Origin: Auanema rhodensis
Lineage: Eukaryota > Animalia > Nematoda
NCBI GenBank assembly: GCA_964057225.1
Contig: OZ059898.1
Span: 14,446,001-14,510,000 of the forward strand
Reading direction: 5' to 3'
Length of the DNA stretch: 64,000 nucleotides
Shown here: positions 51,435 to 64,000 of the stretch, piece by piece
How positions within the stretch are numbered: the first letter of the stretch is position 1
How the letters are laid out: every line of letters starts with the position of its first letter
Notes under the pieces: generated by a model
Seen by the model: the letters and a program-made list of their open reading frames with translations, nothing else
The model's database searches: none
Told to the model about the DNA's origin: nothing
Made by a program: the position numbers and the translations under genes

Positions 51435-53265
51435 AATTCTCTATTGACGTTTAGAAATGAAAAAAAAAACAAATTTTTATAATATATTAACTCTTTTAAA
51501 ATATACATATGTATACTATATATATCTATGTAAATGAATATAAATATAACATATAATATTGAAAAATAAAATATTATACGTATATGGTATAGATTAATGT
51601 ATGTATGTATGTGTATCTTTCTCACAACTCATCAAATTCAAGAATAATCTGATGAGTTTGTATGAAATGTGCAACTGCGAATAGATTAATCTTCTGATCA
51701 GACATGAAGCAGTAGCAGTTTGTGAAACCTTAACCAATATCATGAAGCTATATAGGCATCAGTGTGTTTCTCATCAAGTAGACAAAGACATGTGCTTCCT
51801 TTATCAAGGTTTTCCTCATTTTTTTTGCAAAAAATAAGTGAAAAATACATTTTTTCGAATGTGAAACATGTATGAGTGCATGCTATTGGCTTGACGACAC
51901 ATGAACGTATAATTTTTGTCCGGAAAGTAAGATGATTCTAGGATATTTGGAAAGAGGGGGTGGGGGATGGTGGCCATGGTGTTGTTAGCAGCTTTTTTTT
52001 CTCTATTTCTTGATTGGATCAGAGATTAAAAGTTCAAATATAATAAAAAATAGATGGAAAAGGCATAGATGATTGAGATGAAAAATCACTAACGAGAAAC
52101 GATATGAAAACATTGAGAGGACGAAAGCAAAAAAAAAAAAAAGAAAAAAAAATTATAAAGAATGAGGATAAAGACTTGTCAGACATAACTCGTGGTATGA
52201 TCTTCACACATGCTTGCTTGTCCGTCGTCAGCTTTTTCGCAACGCCTCTTTGCTCGTATTTTTGTTCCCTGGAGGCATACGCAAATCGGACGTCTGCTTT
52301 AGAGTTGTTAGCCGATCGAGAGACAATGGACATGATAGGATAAAGAAGAGGCTAAAAGAGTGAGAGAGAGGGATAGAGGGAGAGATTGTGGTGGGCTGTA
52401 GAGCGATACGTTTTAGATTTGGCAAACGTCGAAAAGACAGATGAAATTCCCGCATTGCTTTGCCAGCACGGAGTCTTCGACATCTTTGAACTTTATCTAT
52501 ATTTCTTGCATCTCTCACTTGTGAACTTCTACTGGTTCTCTCCTCCCACTTTTCTGTTAACTTCACTCAATTGAGACAGTTACAATCTGTTAATATTCCT
52601 CCAAACTTCATTTAGAAGTCAGCCTGAAAAATGCAAAAATTATGTTTTTTTATGTTTGTATCAAGTATTAGAATACAAAAAAAAAGAATATTTAATTGAA
52701 AAAATGTGATCATTTAACGGAAATACAGGAAATTTTTATATAAAAAACCGGAAATCAATTAATTAGAGTAGTGAATTGGTGTGAAGAAGTGGAGAGTCAA
52801 GTTGTGAGATGGAAACAAAAGTTGAAAATTTTGTGGAAGAATGAAAAACAAAAAACAAAAAGATAATGTGAAATGAATGAATAGTTAAAACCATATAGTT
52901 AGTATTTATAAAATATTTTTCAAAAAAGAAAACAGATAATGAGCTGATGATGATTGGCCGACAAGAAAGTTTATGAATGAAATATTATATGAAACAGGTT
53001 TTTTTATATTCTTTCTCACACCAATTTACATATAATATTTATATTTGGATTAGAGCATAAGCCGTTTCTATTGTTTTTTTCTGTTTGGAAATACGTTATT
53101 TCCAGTTTACTATTGGGTTACGTCAACAAAATGAAGAAAATGCTTGAAACTGTTCATTTCTTTTCCGGATTTCTCTTCCGGATTCCTCACTTTCTCTCAC
53201 GTTCTCTTCCTCTTCTATGCTTGTCTTATCTAGGACTTCACATACAACATCAACATACACACTCT

Positions 53266-53316
<51 letters not shown>

Positions 53317-54578
53317 GACTAATCATTAACATGATGCATTTCAATTAAAGTCATTATTGAACAGAAAAAAAGAAAGTTTAAGCCATTTCTTAGTCAGTCT
53401 ATTCTTCTTTATGAAATAGTTGTTAGGCGGTGAAATAAAAATTATTTTTCTCCTTTATTCAACAATTTCCAAACTTAACTCAAAAGTTGAAGCCGTATCC
53501 TCTGTTGCTCTCTCTCACTTACAATCGACGACATCGGCATCGATATCGTCGCTGTGGACTTCATGAAGCATTACTCCAAGAAACCGTTTTTGAAGCCAAA
53601 AAAAAGTTTTTCCTTTCAACTGAAGAAAAATCAGAAACATCATTCATTTGGCAAATATTGTGTGAAATGATGTGTATAAGACTGTATAACAGAAGTGCTA
53701 TTCAATATTATTTCCCGGTTTCATCTCCAATCATCTCTTCTAAGCTTCTCTTTTTCATTTTTTCTTCTAGCTCTTTGGATCACCACTCCCTTCTCTTCGG
53801 TCGCCACTTAGAACAAACTAGTCAAATGTTCGAATGATTACGTTTCGTATTTCTTTTAAACACAGACAAAAAAGTTCGTTTCCGTTATATTGCTCAGCTC
53901 ATTGAGGTTAGAATTCTACCATTTCATGAAGTTGAAGCAAAAGCATTCACAGCAACTGTTTGATTTTGTGCTATTGATGAGGACGGATTAGTCATTTCAA
54001 AGGCAAAAAAAAGCTTTCAGCCAAAAATGAAGTAAAAGCTTACGAATGTTCGTTGACTCTTGAGAAAAAAATCTTTTTTATGGTCGTTTTGAGGAAAAAA
54101 AAAGGAAAACGTGAACACGGAGTTCTTTATGGCGATTTGTGGCTTCATTTTTAGATGGACAAGAATCTAAAAGATACGGAAGAGCATGGCCATAGAAAGA
54201 GCAATTTGCATGTTGATGCTGATTTCGTCTAGCAATATTCATAAGAAGAGAAGCTAGAAAGAGAAAGATGCAAACAGGTTAAGGTATAAGAATGAAAGAG
54301 CAACAGAGAGAAAGATAGAGAGAGAGAGGGTATAGATAGAGAGGGATTAAATGGTTATAAAAGTTTATAATAAAGAGAAATATATGAAAATATAAAAAAG
54401 AAATAAAGTATTGATAGATAAAAGAGAATATTTAAATTTAATAAGAAGGGAAATATAGAGATATAAGGAAGGATGCCTTCCGAAGGAATGGATCTCTGAT
54501 AGAATGACCATTTTACAGAAGATTATGCTTTAAGAGTGATCTTTGAGATGGAGATAGAGAGATAGAGATAGAGAGAGA

Positions 54579-54626
<48 letters not shown>

Positions 54627-55514
54627 GACTATAATGATTTGTTGAATAAGATAACATTTAATGAAAATATAATAAGATATAGTATAGATGAAATTGAGTT
54701 AATAATATTGAAATGAATGTAGTACTTACTGGAAAAATGAAAATTTATATTCAAAACTAAGAAAATAGTTCATAGAGATATGTATTTTCAATTATTAAAT
54801 AAAGGTAATTAATAACTTAAATTGATCATAAATTGAAATATTAAAGAAAATAAATGAGAAAAAGGAATACGATGCTTTGCTATAAGAAGAGTCACTTATG
54901 GTTAAAAGTATCTTTTAACTAGAAATATGAAAAGGAGATAGACTGCTGGATAGATAATACAGGGAAAAGCATAGAGTAATAGCATAGTTAAGAGCTATTT
55001 TTGATATAAGGAGAAGCTTGACTGCGCTTGATGCAAATATTTTCAGGTCAACCATCAATGACTGTCTAACTATGAAATAGTATGGCAATTGAAGAGGATT
55101 AAGAGATCGAGAGCATTATGCACCTGTTCATACATTCTCAATATGCTTAACTACCTTTTAACTATAATTAAGTGAGAAATAAATAAAAATATGAAATAGT
55201 ACATATATAAGAGATGATTAGGCACTATTCAAGCATACAGGTCAAAGCATAAACAGTAAACAAGATTGATTAGGAGCTGCTGTTGATGAATCAAGTCAAA
55301 TCCCTGACGTCGGTAGCTCATTGACATGACCAGGTTAGCATTCAGCCGATCCTTTTTTTATTTTTATTTTCCGTCTAAACAGACAGTGTTATACTACGTC
55401 AAGGCCGGAAAAACATCTGTCAATTTTCTTTTGAAGGCAAGGTGAACGTCGGTGGAAAAGATGTATGCAGCTTCATGTTCACGTAGCAATGTAACAGTTG
55501 TATGCATGCAGCTA

Positions 55515-55569
<55 letters not shown>

Positions 55570-56112
55570 ATATGTAGTTAAATATATGTAGTTTATACAT
55601 ATAATTAATAAATATATTTATTTTCTTTTTTTTTGTTTGACGAAACAAGAAAAATAATTTCTTTTTTCAATAATGTTTATTGAAAGCAACATCACGAATT
55701 AATAAGTTGTTTCAGTTGATGTTTTAACTATATTTCCATTTCAAGTTTTTTAGTTGCAAAAAAAAGTTTATATGCTTGAATAATGGATTAGTTGTAATAT
55801 ATAATATATGAAAAAGGTTCAAATTAACAAAAGAAAACATAAAAATGAATTTTTAAAAAAAGAAAACTACGAATATTATGGTATGAACAACCGTATAACA
55901 TCTATTATCAAATATAAAATACAAGAAATGAGAAACAAATATGAAAACAGAAAGAAAGATTATCTAGTCACGTCATTCACGTGGCGTACGTCAAATTGAA
56001 AAAGCATTGGCAGGCAAAGAAGACAAAGAATAATTTGCATAATCAAGCACATACACACATCATTATTATGATTTTCACATTAGACTTAGATAACATGTAG
56101 TTTTCTTGTCAC

Positions 56113-56161
<49 letters not shown>

Positions 56162-58571
56162 CTCTATCTTCCTATATTTAGCTTTCAAATTCGTTTTCAA
56201 AATAATCTAAGATATGATTTTAATAAAATAACACAGAAAATGAAAAATTATGAAATCAAACAAGAAAATAAAGGTTTCACGTTGCATACAAATAATAAAA
56301 AATTAAAATACAAAAGTATTCAAGATAATATTTGAAGAAAAATAGGAAAGTTAACAATATTTGTTTCAATTTTTTTCTTTTTTTTTGCAGTTTTTTCAAT
56401 GAAATCCTAATGTGTAGACTGGAGATGGGGGGGGGGGATTCTGATCGGCTTACCTTCGTATACGAAAAATAAAAAATAAATTTTGAAAAAGCTCAGACTG
56501 AGTAGAAAAGTATACTTCTATACATGTATAAGTTTGTCTACCTTTCGAAACCGAAAATGAAAGGAGAGAGAGAGAGAGAGAGAGAGCATTAGAGGACAGG
56601 GGAATAGCAGCTCTCTTGCAGCCGTCAATTGTTGGACATACGGGTCTGATCTCTGACACCTAACTTGTCTTTTCTATCTTTGTCGCCTCGTTTTTTCATT
56701 TGCTCTTCTACCAATTCACACATATCATCGTTTGGAGACGACAAATTTTTTTTTGTTTGGAAGGAGATCAGTTAGGGAGTGGTCTGTCTTTCTAAAGACA
56801 ATGGAAAAGAGCAATCTAGACGCATAACATAACTGAACATCATCAGACGGTAGAATCGAATAGAATGTGACGATGACGTGTGTATACGAAGCTAAGCATC
56901 TTCAAAGCAATAGCACGGAATATAGAAAGAAAAGGTGAAAATACAGATAATCTTAGTAGGTTCATATTCTTATTAATTGATTTATTTTGTTTAAAAATTG
57001 AAAATATAATTGAAATGTGACGAGAATAAAGAATGAGCTTGTATACTTTAGGGACGCACACCGTCTCATATGCAAGTGAGTATTCATGAACTCAACTCTT
57101 TTGAACTTTGGCCCAATCGAATCAACTAGAATGACCTCATTCTCTCCTGTTCCTCCCATTTTTACTAAAAAAATACTTGACCATGAAAATTTAATGACAA
57201 AAAGCTGAAGAATATGGAAGAAGCCTAAAGGGAAAAATTGAGAGAGAGAGAGAGGATGGGGAGTGGTGGGGGGTAGTGAGATTGAGGGGGAGATTGGGTA
57301 GGTGGAGCTATTCTGCTTATGATTTATGTATCTTTCATTCACTAAATACGTAGAAATGTGAATGATTATAGTTATGCAAAGTTAAAAGAGAAAAAGGTTT
57401 AAAACATTTCCTCGTTTTTCTGAACTGAAGCTTCATTATTTGCCTCGGAGTGCGTTGTTGAATTACGAGGTTCTGAACTATTGGCGTCGCGCTAACACAT
57501 CATCAGCATGATCGTTCGGATTAAAACAATTAGAAAAAGCTTCTCTCTGTCTGGTTCTTCTGTTAGTACTAGACACACATTCTCTCTTCTTCTTTCAATT
57601 TTCATATTACTAGATTGAATGGAATAGCATAGATAAGAGGAAAACGATGAAATAATCACACAGTTAAGTTTGCTATTCTCTTTTCGAAAATGATCAAAAA
57701 CTAGTTGAAGAATGTAGTTTGAGAGCCGATACAGCCATCGTTTCTAACATCTGACGTCAAATACTGTACGTCTGTTTTGATTTCGAATTTGCTTTCAATG
57801 GCAAGGCGGCAATTTGATATGGTGGATGCCATACGAAGATGATGGATGTTGATTGTAGTGTGTGGCATGAGGCTGAGCTGCTCGACGCAAGTTTGCTGAT
57901 GAGACAAAGTTGAGACGCCGCCAGCTTTGTCAAGCTCATCTCTACTTCATGACCAGAATTTTCTCATCGGCTTCTGTTTCTCAGCTTTCAGGCATCAGCA
58001 AGCTTGAGGACGCTGCTGCTGCTTCTGCTGATGCTGCTGTTGATGTTCTTCAGAACACTACTGATCGCTTGGCATGATGTCAGTAAGATTCTGATCGTCG
58101 GGTAAGATGCCAAGAAGAGAAGAAGGAGATTGAAAAGGAGAAGAAGAGATAGAAAACGAGAGAGAGAGAGCAGGATAAGGGCATCATGAACTGGCAGGCA
58201 AACAGATACGGAAGAAGCTGAGTAGACTATGTAAAAAGTATTTTTTTGTCTTTTTCAAACCTTTCGTTTGTGATGTTATGGGGCATCTAAATTTATTTGA
58301 ATACATATAGTATATAGTTAACTAAATATTTTTTTTTGTATTGAAATGGCGATTTAGAGAGTATGAAAGCGGATGCAATAAAGGCACAAAAAATGAAATT
58401 AGTTTATATCTCTTGTACATTCAAAATGAAGAAAAAAAAAGAAAATTTATGACTTTTGGTTGAAATTTGATAAAATATTCTTGGCAAATCTCATTGATAG
58501 AAAAATGAGAATATCGTCTTTAGGGTCAAATCAGTGTTATGCAACTAAGAAGTTGAGTATATACAGCTTCG

Positions 58572-58631
<60 letters not shown>

Positions 58632-59378
58632 CAATCTCTCTCTCCCTCTCTTCCCCTCTCTTTCTCTCTATTCAGATTAAAGAAAATGTGTTGATGATTT
58701 GGTAAAATCAAGAAGAAGAAGAAGGGAGAGAAAATGAGAAGAAGAAGTTAGTTAGTTATAGAAGGACAGCAGGACGTGTTTAAGAAGCCGATTCACAACT
58801 TTTTCTTGTCGTCAGCTATCTAATTCTCAAACTCATTTGTGTGTGAGATGACTTGTTACATATCTGAAATCCCTTACATGCTGATATACAAAGGAAACTG
58901 AATATGTGATAGAGAAAGAGAGTAAGATTTACAGAAAGAGAGAGAGAGAGAGAGAGAGAGGGGTCAGAGAATAAGAAAATAAGAATTTGAGATTCAGTAA
59001 AATTTTGAATTATTTTTAGGAACAATTTGAAAGTTATAAATAGATTGAGCTGATTATGATTCAATATAATGATGCTACTATACTCATTCATCTTTTTTTT
59101 CTTCTTATATTTATAAAATATAAATATTATACTATATAAATGTAATTAATATACAAAAATTTGTTAAATTTTGTTGAAAAATATTTGAAAAAACAAAATA
59201 ATTTAATTTAAAAGTTAGTATCAGTGTTAGCATATTTAAAAAAAATTATTTCAATAAGTATAATTTAAAATTTGAGATTTCACAATTTCTCTCTCTCTCT
59301 TTGTGTTTCTCATTTTTATTTTTTAATCTTTTGCACGATGTTGTTTCTTTTTTTTTGAAACAACGATGATTTGAAGGC

Positions 59379-59410
<32 letters not shown>

Positions 59411-59890
59411 TATATATAGAGAGAAGGACAGAGAGAGATAGATAGGTCAGAAAAAGAAAAGAAGACACGGTTTTTTAAAAAAATAAAAAGATTGAGAAGG
59501 TAGAATGAAAGGAGATCCGAAAGCTAATGAACCCCAGAATAGAGGTTTGATAAGAGAAAAGAAAACAAATTTCAATTGAAATGTCACTTTCTTCCGATTT
59601 TTCAGCAATTTCCTGAAGCATTTTTCTTAAAATATGAGAACATTACTAAGATCTGACTCACCTCTCCCCCCATCCCCAAAGCCACCTATCAAATGAAATT
59701 TATACGGGGTATTATAATAATATATGTTATATGAATTGTAACTAATCGAGAAAAAAAAGTGAAAAAACAATGAAAAAAACGAAGGAAAAGAGCTTTTCGA
59801 ATGGAGATGATGTCGACTATAGCAGTAATCAGATGACAGTGGCTACTTCGACGACGGCAGTTTCCGTCGACATTGCCGTCGTGCTGCATC

Positions 59891-60277
59891 TTATCGCTGT
59901 TTCACTCTCGCTGTCGCTGTCGTCGTCGTCGTCGTTGTCGTCATTGACTCGTTGTCGCTGTCGTCGGCCGCAAGGGCGGCAGCGATTAAAGAGTTAGTTA
60001 GTTTGACGTCGTTGCCGTCTGACAAGATTCGGTGTTGACGAGCGAGAGGTCTTACTCGAGGAGAAATAAGCATTTTCAGATTTTTCAGGCAAAGATCCGA
60101 AATTGTTTTCATGTTCGGATGTCTTTGATGGCTTGTTAGAGGCGACAAACGAAAAAGAATGTCAGATGACGAGTTAAGCATAGAGTGAGAGTGCCCATGT
60201 GCCAACGGCTGAAAGGATGTCGTCATGATGATGATCATCCACATAGCCATTCTCGTCATTATTGTCATTCTGGTCAT
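59891..60277 (-). CDS. Weak candidate 128-aa secreted ORF
   Basis: ATG at 60277. MTRMTIMTRMAMWMIIIMTTSFQPLAHG then HSHSML.. is weakly signal-peptide-like; the sequence is GC-richer than its flanks; the C-terminus derives from an (ACG)n repeat. Confidence 0.18.
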   Translation of the reverse strand: MTRMTIMTRMAMWMIIIMTTSFQPLAHGHSHSMLNSSSDILFRLSPLTSHQRHPNMKTISDLCLKNLKMLISPRVRPLARQHRILSDGNDVKLTNSLIAAALAADDSDNESMTTTTTTTTATARVKQR

Positions 60278-62745
60278 CACTGGAGCTAAATTCACATTCG
60301 TCAACCAGATTGAGCAGGCTTATGAGATGCTTTAAGCTACAAATATGGTTTTCTGGCCATCAAGTAAGCTATTATAGAACGGCATGTTCACCTTCAATGT
60401 GTATACATATGTATTGTTTCTCCGATCATATTCTTATTCTCCGTTTCATCCCAGGATGAAAAAGCTTAGAATTCTCATTAGCTTTGTCTCTTCTGAGCAC
60501 AAGCATTATCGAAGTCATTTTTGCCTCATCATATTCATCGTCATGGTCATCAACTTGGTTATCTATCAGCTTGGAATTGTGAAAGATCGGTAGGATCATT
60601 CGTGTCTATCAACATGTAAGCTTTTCAAAAAGCCTGTGTCAACTAAGTTATGATGTTGCTGATGTTTCTCTCTTTGAATATACTAATGTGTATATGTATC
60701 TCAGTATCTCTTATTTGGCAATTTACCAAGAAATGGTTCCAAGAAACAATGACAAGCAAGAAGAAAATTGAAAAATGCTTCTAATTCTCTTCATTTTTAG
60801 TTTCCATGCATGTTTTTTAATAAAATTATATATGAAGAAGGGTCTTATTCCAAGAGTGTGCGAGAGAGAGAGAGAGAGATGGCCAACAGTCGGCGACGGG
60901 GAGCTCCGAAAGAAGGAAAAATTGAAAGCGGAAGAAGAAAAATAAAAGTACAAACAAGCAAATATGTAGTTTTTAGGTTTTTCCTTCATTTCTCTTTCAT
61001 TTTTCCTTCTTTTCTTATCTTTCTCTTCCTCTATCTCTTTTTTCTCTCTCATCTCTCCCTTCATATGTCTTATCCCTCCCCCCTTTCTCTCTATTCTTTA
61101 TATAAATTCATCCTTTCTTTCACTATTTTATAGATTCATTCTCTATACCTTTTAGGCTTCGTTTTCGTTGTGAGACCAATAAAATGATTGTGTATATGTG
61201 TATGTGCATGAATACGGAGTACTCAAGATTCTTTGAAGCGATTCTGATTGAATTTCTTAGCATAAACCGTCGTTCTCGTTCTTCTGTTAGAGCGCTATTC
61301 TAAGTTCGAGGTCGTTTTGGAATGACTTGAGGCCAAAAAGGAAAAAAGCAGAAAAACGAATAACTAGCTGAGATAGAGAGAGAGAAAGAGAGAAAGAGAG
61401 AGAGAAAGAGAGAGGGTGGGAAGTTAAAAAAAGTAAAAGATATGAAGTGAAAAGGGTAAGTATCAGTACAAATATAGAATAATACATAATATACATAGCA
61501 TAGTATAGAATGCTAAGTATGTGATTATGAGAGAAGGAAGCTTTCTTTGTCTAGAGATAGTTAACGAAGTAAAAAAAGGTTTTTAATTGGAAGGCATTTG
61601 ATGAAGAAGGATAAACGAGATGAAGTTGATGGAAGCAGGACGAAACCAGATAGATGGACGGACGACAACGTGAAGATGCGAGATGAAGTTGGAACTAAAG
61701 TTAAACGAAATAAGACATTGAGAAATACAACTGTAGTTCGAAGTTTGTAGTGCACTCTATCGTTGATCATGCACTATCAGTATTGAGGTGAAGATGATGA
61801 AGCTGGTTTCTGATTTACGAAGTTATATGTGATGTACATACATCAGAAATTTCATATTTTTGAAATTTTAAATAAAAAAAACGGAAAAGCAGGACTTCGT
61901 GAATATTTAATGAATTGAATGGAGAAGAATGATGATGGCTCCAGCTAAAGATGAAGCAAATGTTGAGTTGTGAAGTATGAATAGACGATAGAGAATAAGA
62001 GAAAAACCTGAAGAAAACGGGAAAAAAAGTATCGCAATAGCCGTTGAGCATCGATAAGTAGTAGCATAGTGAGCCATTAGGCTAATGAAGCTTTGATTCA
62101 AGGCCAGAATTGGAGCCAAACATTGAAGTGAAACTGAGCGTCCACTTTGGATGTGACACCCACTATCCACTACCGAAACAACAGCTATTACCACCATGTC
62201 GACAATGTTTTTAGATTGGTGGTTGTAAGGAGGACAAGCCTCTGCAGCTGGCTCGAGAACATCAAGCAATGAAGCAAGAACGAACGATGATGTGGGAATT
62301 CTGGAGACACAAGAAATAACAACCATCATAATGAGAGTTCATCACGCTCAAAGGACGTTAACGGATGATGATGCCAATGACAGGCCAGCTACGATTATCA
62401 AAAGGTATTGCAGAATTCATTGGAGCAGAAATTGCTCACATAATACCGATAAGAGAAAAGTAGAAGAGGGGGGGGGGGAGAGGCTGGATTATCGTTGTCT
62501 GTCTGGGAGGTAGAGCAGCGACAATAAATGGGCGCCGAATGAGCCGAAGAGCAACGACATGGCTGAGAACAGAAGGGCTCCGCACTCGCGGATCGTCGAT
62601 CTTGGTTGCCAAAAAGAGCTTCAATGGCTCCAACTACTATAGACGCAATTATTATAAAAGAAAGCCTTCTCTTAGAGCAGAATCTTGCACATATACTAAC
62701 ACTATTCTAACATATACACGTACAGCCCTTCTTTCGTCCTTTCTC

Positions 62746-62800
<55 letters not shown>

Positions 62801-64000
62801 CTTTTCTTTCTTCTATTCAGTGTCAAGCAAATCTATGTTCTTCTATTCTGGATTCTGGTAACCCCGTTTTCGTGTTCAATCCCACTCTTTTGACTAGATA
62901 TCTTTATAGAAAAAAGTAAACTACATAGAGCCTGCCTCAAGGCTTCTACGGCAACGATCAAAATTCAGCTGTAGCATATGCGTGTGTGTGATATACCTCA
63001 CTGTCGAGACGCTGTGTGTGTAGTTCGTATGCCTTCAAGCTTACGAGAAAAGCTCATTAGATAGCTACTCGGACTGGCAATCGTCTGTCCACTTGAGAGG
63101 CCTTTTGCTGTTTCTTTTCGGTTTTTCCTTTTTTTTCTAACTCTTGTCGGTACGAGACCAATTAAAATTATATATACTGCAAATTCATATTCAAGCAGTA
63201 AAAAGGTCTTGCATGACATGAGGAGAAGAAAAGAGAATAGAGAATAAGGCATTTCAAGCTTACAACAGGTTCGGAAATACTTTTCAAAGAGGAGTTAAAA
63301 AGTAAAATAAGGAAACGAATAAAAGAGAGTGAGAGTTGTGGGGGGGGGGGGGAGAGAGAGAAAACAGGAGGAGTGAAGTACGGGAAATTCTGAAAGCGAA
63401 GGCGGAACAAACCTATTGCCCCCACTACACATTGGTACAAGCTTCAGGTTGACAACTAAACTATTAGTGTTAGGCGATGCACAAAAAGGTTAACAAAAGC
63501 CCTTTTAAATGCCTTTTTTATGAGATAAAGCAAGCAATTCAATGATAGATAGAGAAGAGAAATTATAAAAGATTGAGAGAGAATGAATATGAAAGAGAGA
63601 GAGAAAGAGGGGAGAAAGAGAGCGAGAGATAGAGCCGACAGAAATCAAAGAGAGAAAAATAAAAATTTTTCTTTTGACTTTACTTTATAGCAAAAACGTG
63701 AAAATAGGTACGAGTGTAGTAAAGAATACTTGTGAAGATTATTCTTTCTCTATTTCTCTCTCTGTGTGTGTCTCTCTCTCTCTGTGTCTCTCTCTGTGGC
63801 CCTCTCTCTCACTCTATGTTTGTCCACCTTCATCCCGAATTCAATTCGTTCCTTTCATAATATTTCGTGATAAAGACATCGTAAGAAATGTGTGAAACGA
63901 GAGGGAGATCATGGAATAAAGTCAAGAAAAAACAGTTCAAAAAGGGGTTGAAAGATGAAAAGTCAATGGATTAAGCTACTTCAACTTCTGTTGGCTAGCG

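Overview
Eukaryotic genomic DNA from a rhabditid-type nematode. Evidence for this: AT-rich sequence, many ~45-55 nt GT-AG introns, TTTCAG acceptors, and proteins close to but distinct from C. elegans. The ORF track is mostly uninformative, so I assembled gene models by hand from splice sites and reading-frame phase. Five genes lie on the + strand: frm-3/FARP (a FERM-FA isoform with a 2.8 kb terminal exon, and a FERM-FA-DH-PH-PH isoform); a strongly diverged ECT2-like BRCT-BRCT-DH-PH gene (~680 aa, ending in -CC); atp-4; syndecan sdn-1; and unc-45. A - strand gene converges on unc-45 and encodes a ~500 aa motif-rich protein with one C-terminal Par6-like PDZ domain. The remaining ~20 kb (45-64 kb) is gene-poor and (GA)n-rich, with a few candidate small secreted/membrane ORFs and tandem repeats. 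No tRNA, rRNA, CRISPR array or transposase was recognised. Best leads: the divergent ECT2-like gene, the PDZ scaffold with a possible repeat-derived cassette exon, and the close linkage of frm-3, sdn-1 and unc-45.
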